64,000 nucleotides of DNA from Squalus acanthias (taxonomy: Eukaryota), in assembly GCA_030390025.1 (NCBI GenBank), contig CM059432.1, positions 58,902,001 to 58,966,000 on the forward strand, given 5' to 3'. Made by a program: the position numbers and the translations under genes. The notes under the pieces were generated by a model. The model saw only the letters and a list, made by a program, of their open reading frames with translations, was not told where the DNA came from and made no database searches. This document shows, in pieces, positions 60,680 through 64,000 of the stretch. The number at the start of each line of letters is the position of its first letter. Positions within the stretch are counted from its first letter, which is position 1.

Positions 60680-63600
60680 CCATTAAAACAAAACTGATGC
60701 ATAAAAGGGAGGCATAGGGTAAAATTAGAGCCAGCAATAACAAAGAAAATCACAAGGCATATAGAAAATGTAGTGGAGAGGTGAGAAGGGAGATTGAAAA
60801 CCTAAAAAGGAATCTGGAAAAGACTAACAGATAATATAAAAGGAAATAGTAAGGGCTTTCATAAGCATATAAAAAGTAAAATAATTCATAGTTAAAGAGA
60901 GGGTAGGACTGCTCAGAGATGGAAGAAGGAGTCTAATTGTAGATGATCAAGGTCTGGCAGAGATATTGAATAAATATTTTGCATTAGTTTTTATGAATGA
61001 TGGTGGAAGTGTACTAGAGGAAGAACTGTTAAAAATAATTGTAGAAAAGGAATTGGTTCTGAAAAGATTAGCAGGCCTTAAAGGACAAGAAATTCGTTTG
61101 CCCCTGAAAACAGGTGCGGGGCTCGCGATGCGCAATCAATGCCCTTCGGAGGAATGCATGCAAACTTTGTGCTGCCTGCTCATTTCCATGATTGTGACAT
61201 TCAGCCCAGCACTAAATGCGCTGCTGAGTGGCTGAATGCTCAGCCGGGGACCAAGTTTGTGTGAGGCTAGCACCATTTATAGCCTGCACTACTTAAAGGC
61301 AGTCTGTACTTCTTAATGGGGAGGTGTATTCTCCCTGCAGCAGCTCTTTGAACTGGCTGGGAAGACAGTGAAGAACAATTAATGATGACACAACAGGGGA
61401 GACAGCGTGCACAAAAGGTTCTCAGATGCAGCACTGGAGGCCTTGATGCAGGAGGTGGATAGGAGGAGAGAGGTCCTCTTTCCACAGGGGGCCAGGAGGC
61501 TCTCCAGACAACAGTGCAAAGTGCAGTGGGAGCAGTGCAGGAAGAAGTTTAATGACCTCACACAAGTGGTCAAGGTCAATGAATTCATCTTCAAATGCCA
61601 TATCCCACCATCTGCACCACTAGCCTCACACATTGCTTAATGCACCACACCCCATCACTCACCTACCAACAATCTCTACTAAATACGACTCATACCTCAC
61701 ATTCATAGCTTCACCTCACCCTCACACACTTATCACTGCTCTGAGCCTCACACCCACATCTCACAGCTTGCAAACACTGGCAGCTATTCAACCATGACAG
61801 GCACATCACCCAAACACATTGCACCACACCCACTGACACACTTCCCTTTCTCTTGCAGGAAAAAGGTGGCTTATAACCGGTACCAGCAGCACGGCGAGTG
61901 ACAACCTCGCCTGCATAATCTTACCACCATGGAGGAGACAGTGCTGGCCATTCTTGGGAGGGGCATCGCTGAGCAGCGGGGCTGAAAGAATACAAGTTGC
62001 CAGTATCCTCATACGTAATCCTCCTTCTCACATCCCACTTTCCCTCATTCCACAATCTCTTCTGATTTACAAGCTGCACATGGTGTAAGCATGCACCTCT
62101 TGCTTTCCCCTCTCCTTCACCACAACCCTGCCCTTGTCCCATTCTCATTTCAGAGACCCAAGAAATCCAACCTGCCCAGCCAGTGGTGCAAGAACAAGAG
62201 GGAGAGGAGAGTGATGAAGAAGAGGAAACACCGTCACTCGATCTGACACTCACAGCCACCAGCTCAGATATTGGCACTGCGCGTAGTTTAGAGGGTAACT
62301 TAGAGCGGGATCTGCACATGATGAGTCACCGGGCATGAGTGGGCTGCAGCCAGGGAAGGGGGAAAGAGTAGCGGAGGTGTCATCTCTCCAGAGGGCAAGG
62401 TCACACACGAGTTCTGCAGCAGAAGACTCAGGTGAGGACTTCGATGGGGCGGCCTACAGAAGAACGCTGATGGGTATGCACAACAAAATGCTTGGTGCAT
62501 TGGAAGGCCTGCCAGAAAGCCTGAGTGCAATGTCAAGGAGCATGGAGGAGTCTGGCACCAACCTTGCACAGGGCTTTGCACAGAGCTTGGAGCCCATGTT
62601 GCAGATGTCGCTCCAGCCTGGAAGGATCCTGACACAAAGAAATTCAGGGTCATGGTCACCTTTATAGCCATTGGCAGTGCTGTCCTTGCCCTGGTGTGAG
62701 GCTGCATGTCTGGTTGCAAGAGGTGGCAGAGTTCTGTGAGCACCTCCTTCGTAAAGCACAGCTGCCTCACACACTGCTCCTGGCTCAGGCTGAGGTGAGA
62801 GAATTGCTCTTGGAAGACCCCAGGTCGGTAAGGCCTCCTGCTGAGAGCCCTCCTCCTCCTCCTCCTCCCTCTGCGAGCAGCTTGTCCTCTTCTTCACTGC
62901 CTCTGCTCCATCTCCCTGTCATGATGCAGGTCAAGGGGGTTGACAACTAGAGCACCCATGACTGGGAGCAAGTGGTCGGACCAGAGCCCTTGAAGTCAGA
63001 ACCAAGGCCTTCTCCACTTGCAGCACCACTCACTGTCATCTCAACAACTTTAAACAACTCTAGAAAGCTCCAAACACTTCCACAAACTTACACAGCCAGT
63101 AGAAATGAATCAGCAACTAACCTGTAGGTAGGTGATGTTCCCTTTAAATATCGCTGGTGGGCGGGTTCTTGCAGCTGCTGATCACATGTTCAGCTGTGCG
63201 AGGTTAATACAGAGCTTTTAGTTCTAACGTTGAGGATGAAATAGCAGCGTGGCATCAAATCATCGTGTGACGTCACCATCTGCCTACTCTACATCTGGTG
63301 CATGCTCCCAACGCCGAAGTTAACGCCCTCTCCAAGATGACGTCTGGTGCGGGACGCACCAGAACTGTGTGCATGCGGCGCAGACGCCATTTTCATCACA
63401 AAACCGCACCCGTAGTGTCGAAAAATAGGGCGCGATGGAGCCAAATTTCGAGCCCAAAGTCTCTGGGCCTTGATGACTGGCACACGAGGGCATTGAAAGA
63501 AGTCAAAGAGGAGACAGCTGAGGTTCTGGTCATAATTTTTCAATCCTCATTCAATATGCAATTTGTGCCCTGGACTGAAGAGTATCTAATATAACACCTT

Positions 63601-63945
63601 TGTTCATAATAGGGGAGCAGGATTAAACCAAGTACCTATTGACCAGTTGGTCTAACTTGCGTGCGGGTAAAGGCCAACAACCTTTTAAATATTATAAAAA
63701 ATGGTGTAGATTAAAAGAGAAAGAAGTCATGTATAATTAGTTAGGCTGCAGATACAATGCTCCATTAGAGAGAGGATATTAAAAACATACAGATTGTGGA
63801 TAGAGTACTCACTAGTACAATGCCAGAGATGGGAAATAGTTATGAGGAAAGACTTGAGATACTGAGACTATATCCATTTGAGTGGAGAAGGCTAAGAGAA
63901 GATTTACTAGAGGGTTTTCAAATTGTGAAGGGTTTGGATAGTATT
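60680..63945 (+). mobile_element. Old CR1 remnant split by a Harbinger element
   Basis: LNKYFALVF..LKRLAGLK resumes as KSLGLDDWHTRALKEV after 63455. Confidence 0.7.
61083..63455. mobile_element. PIF/Harbinger element, internally deleted, with convergent Myb-like and transposase remnants
   Basis: TIRs ggacaagaaatt / aatttcgagccc; perfect 3-bp TSD aaa. Plus strand: RFSDAALEALMQEV..WEQCRKKFNDL with intron-like gaps. Minus strand: HARBI1-like N-terminus FTKEVLTELCHLLQP..ALPMAIKVTMTLNFFVSGSFQ, truncated near 62610. Confidence 0.9.
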
Positions 63946-64000
63946 TACAGCACAGAAACAGGCCATTTGGCCGCACAGGTCCATGCTGGTGTTTATGCTC

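Overview
This is eukaryotic DNA, most likely from a cartilaginous fish (inferred from the repeat families present). The only host gene I can support is the 3' end of EFR3A: five coding exons on + (856-17534) ending in PVYEMKFPDLCVY*, followed by a ~3 kb repeat-free 3' UTR. The rest is a dense, nested transposon landscape. It includes many CR1-type LINEs (two near full length with an esterase ORF1), a second CR1-group LINE with a tRNA-like head and no ORF1, L2 remnants, Deu-type SINEs, Penelope-like elements, PIF/Harbinger deletion derivatives and MITEs, a hAT MITE, a solo LTR, and a young Gypsy retrotransposon with identical 194-bp LTRs. The most interesting signals are: (1) the Gypsy element lacks a tRNA primer-binding site and instead has a perfect 11-nt complement to its own LTR, suggesting self-priming, and its RT motif is YLDN; (2) minimal hammerhead ribozymes in the Penelope repeats, including a retrozyme-like 813-bp element with two of them in tandem; (3) two unrelated elements inserted at the same site in two CR1 copies; (4) a 20-nt copy of the EFR3A 3' UTR at a LINE 5' junction. 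Family assignments come from motif recognition only; no database searches were run.
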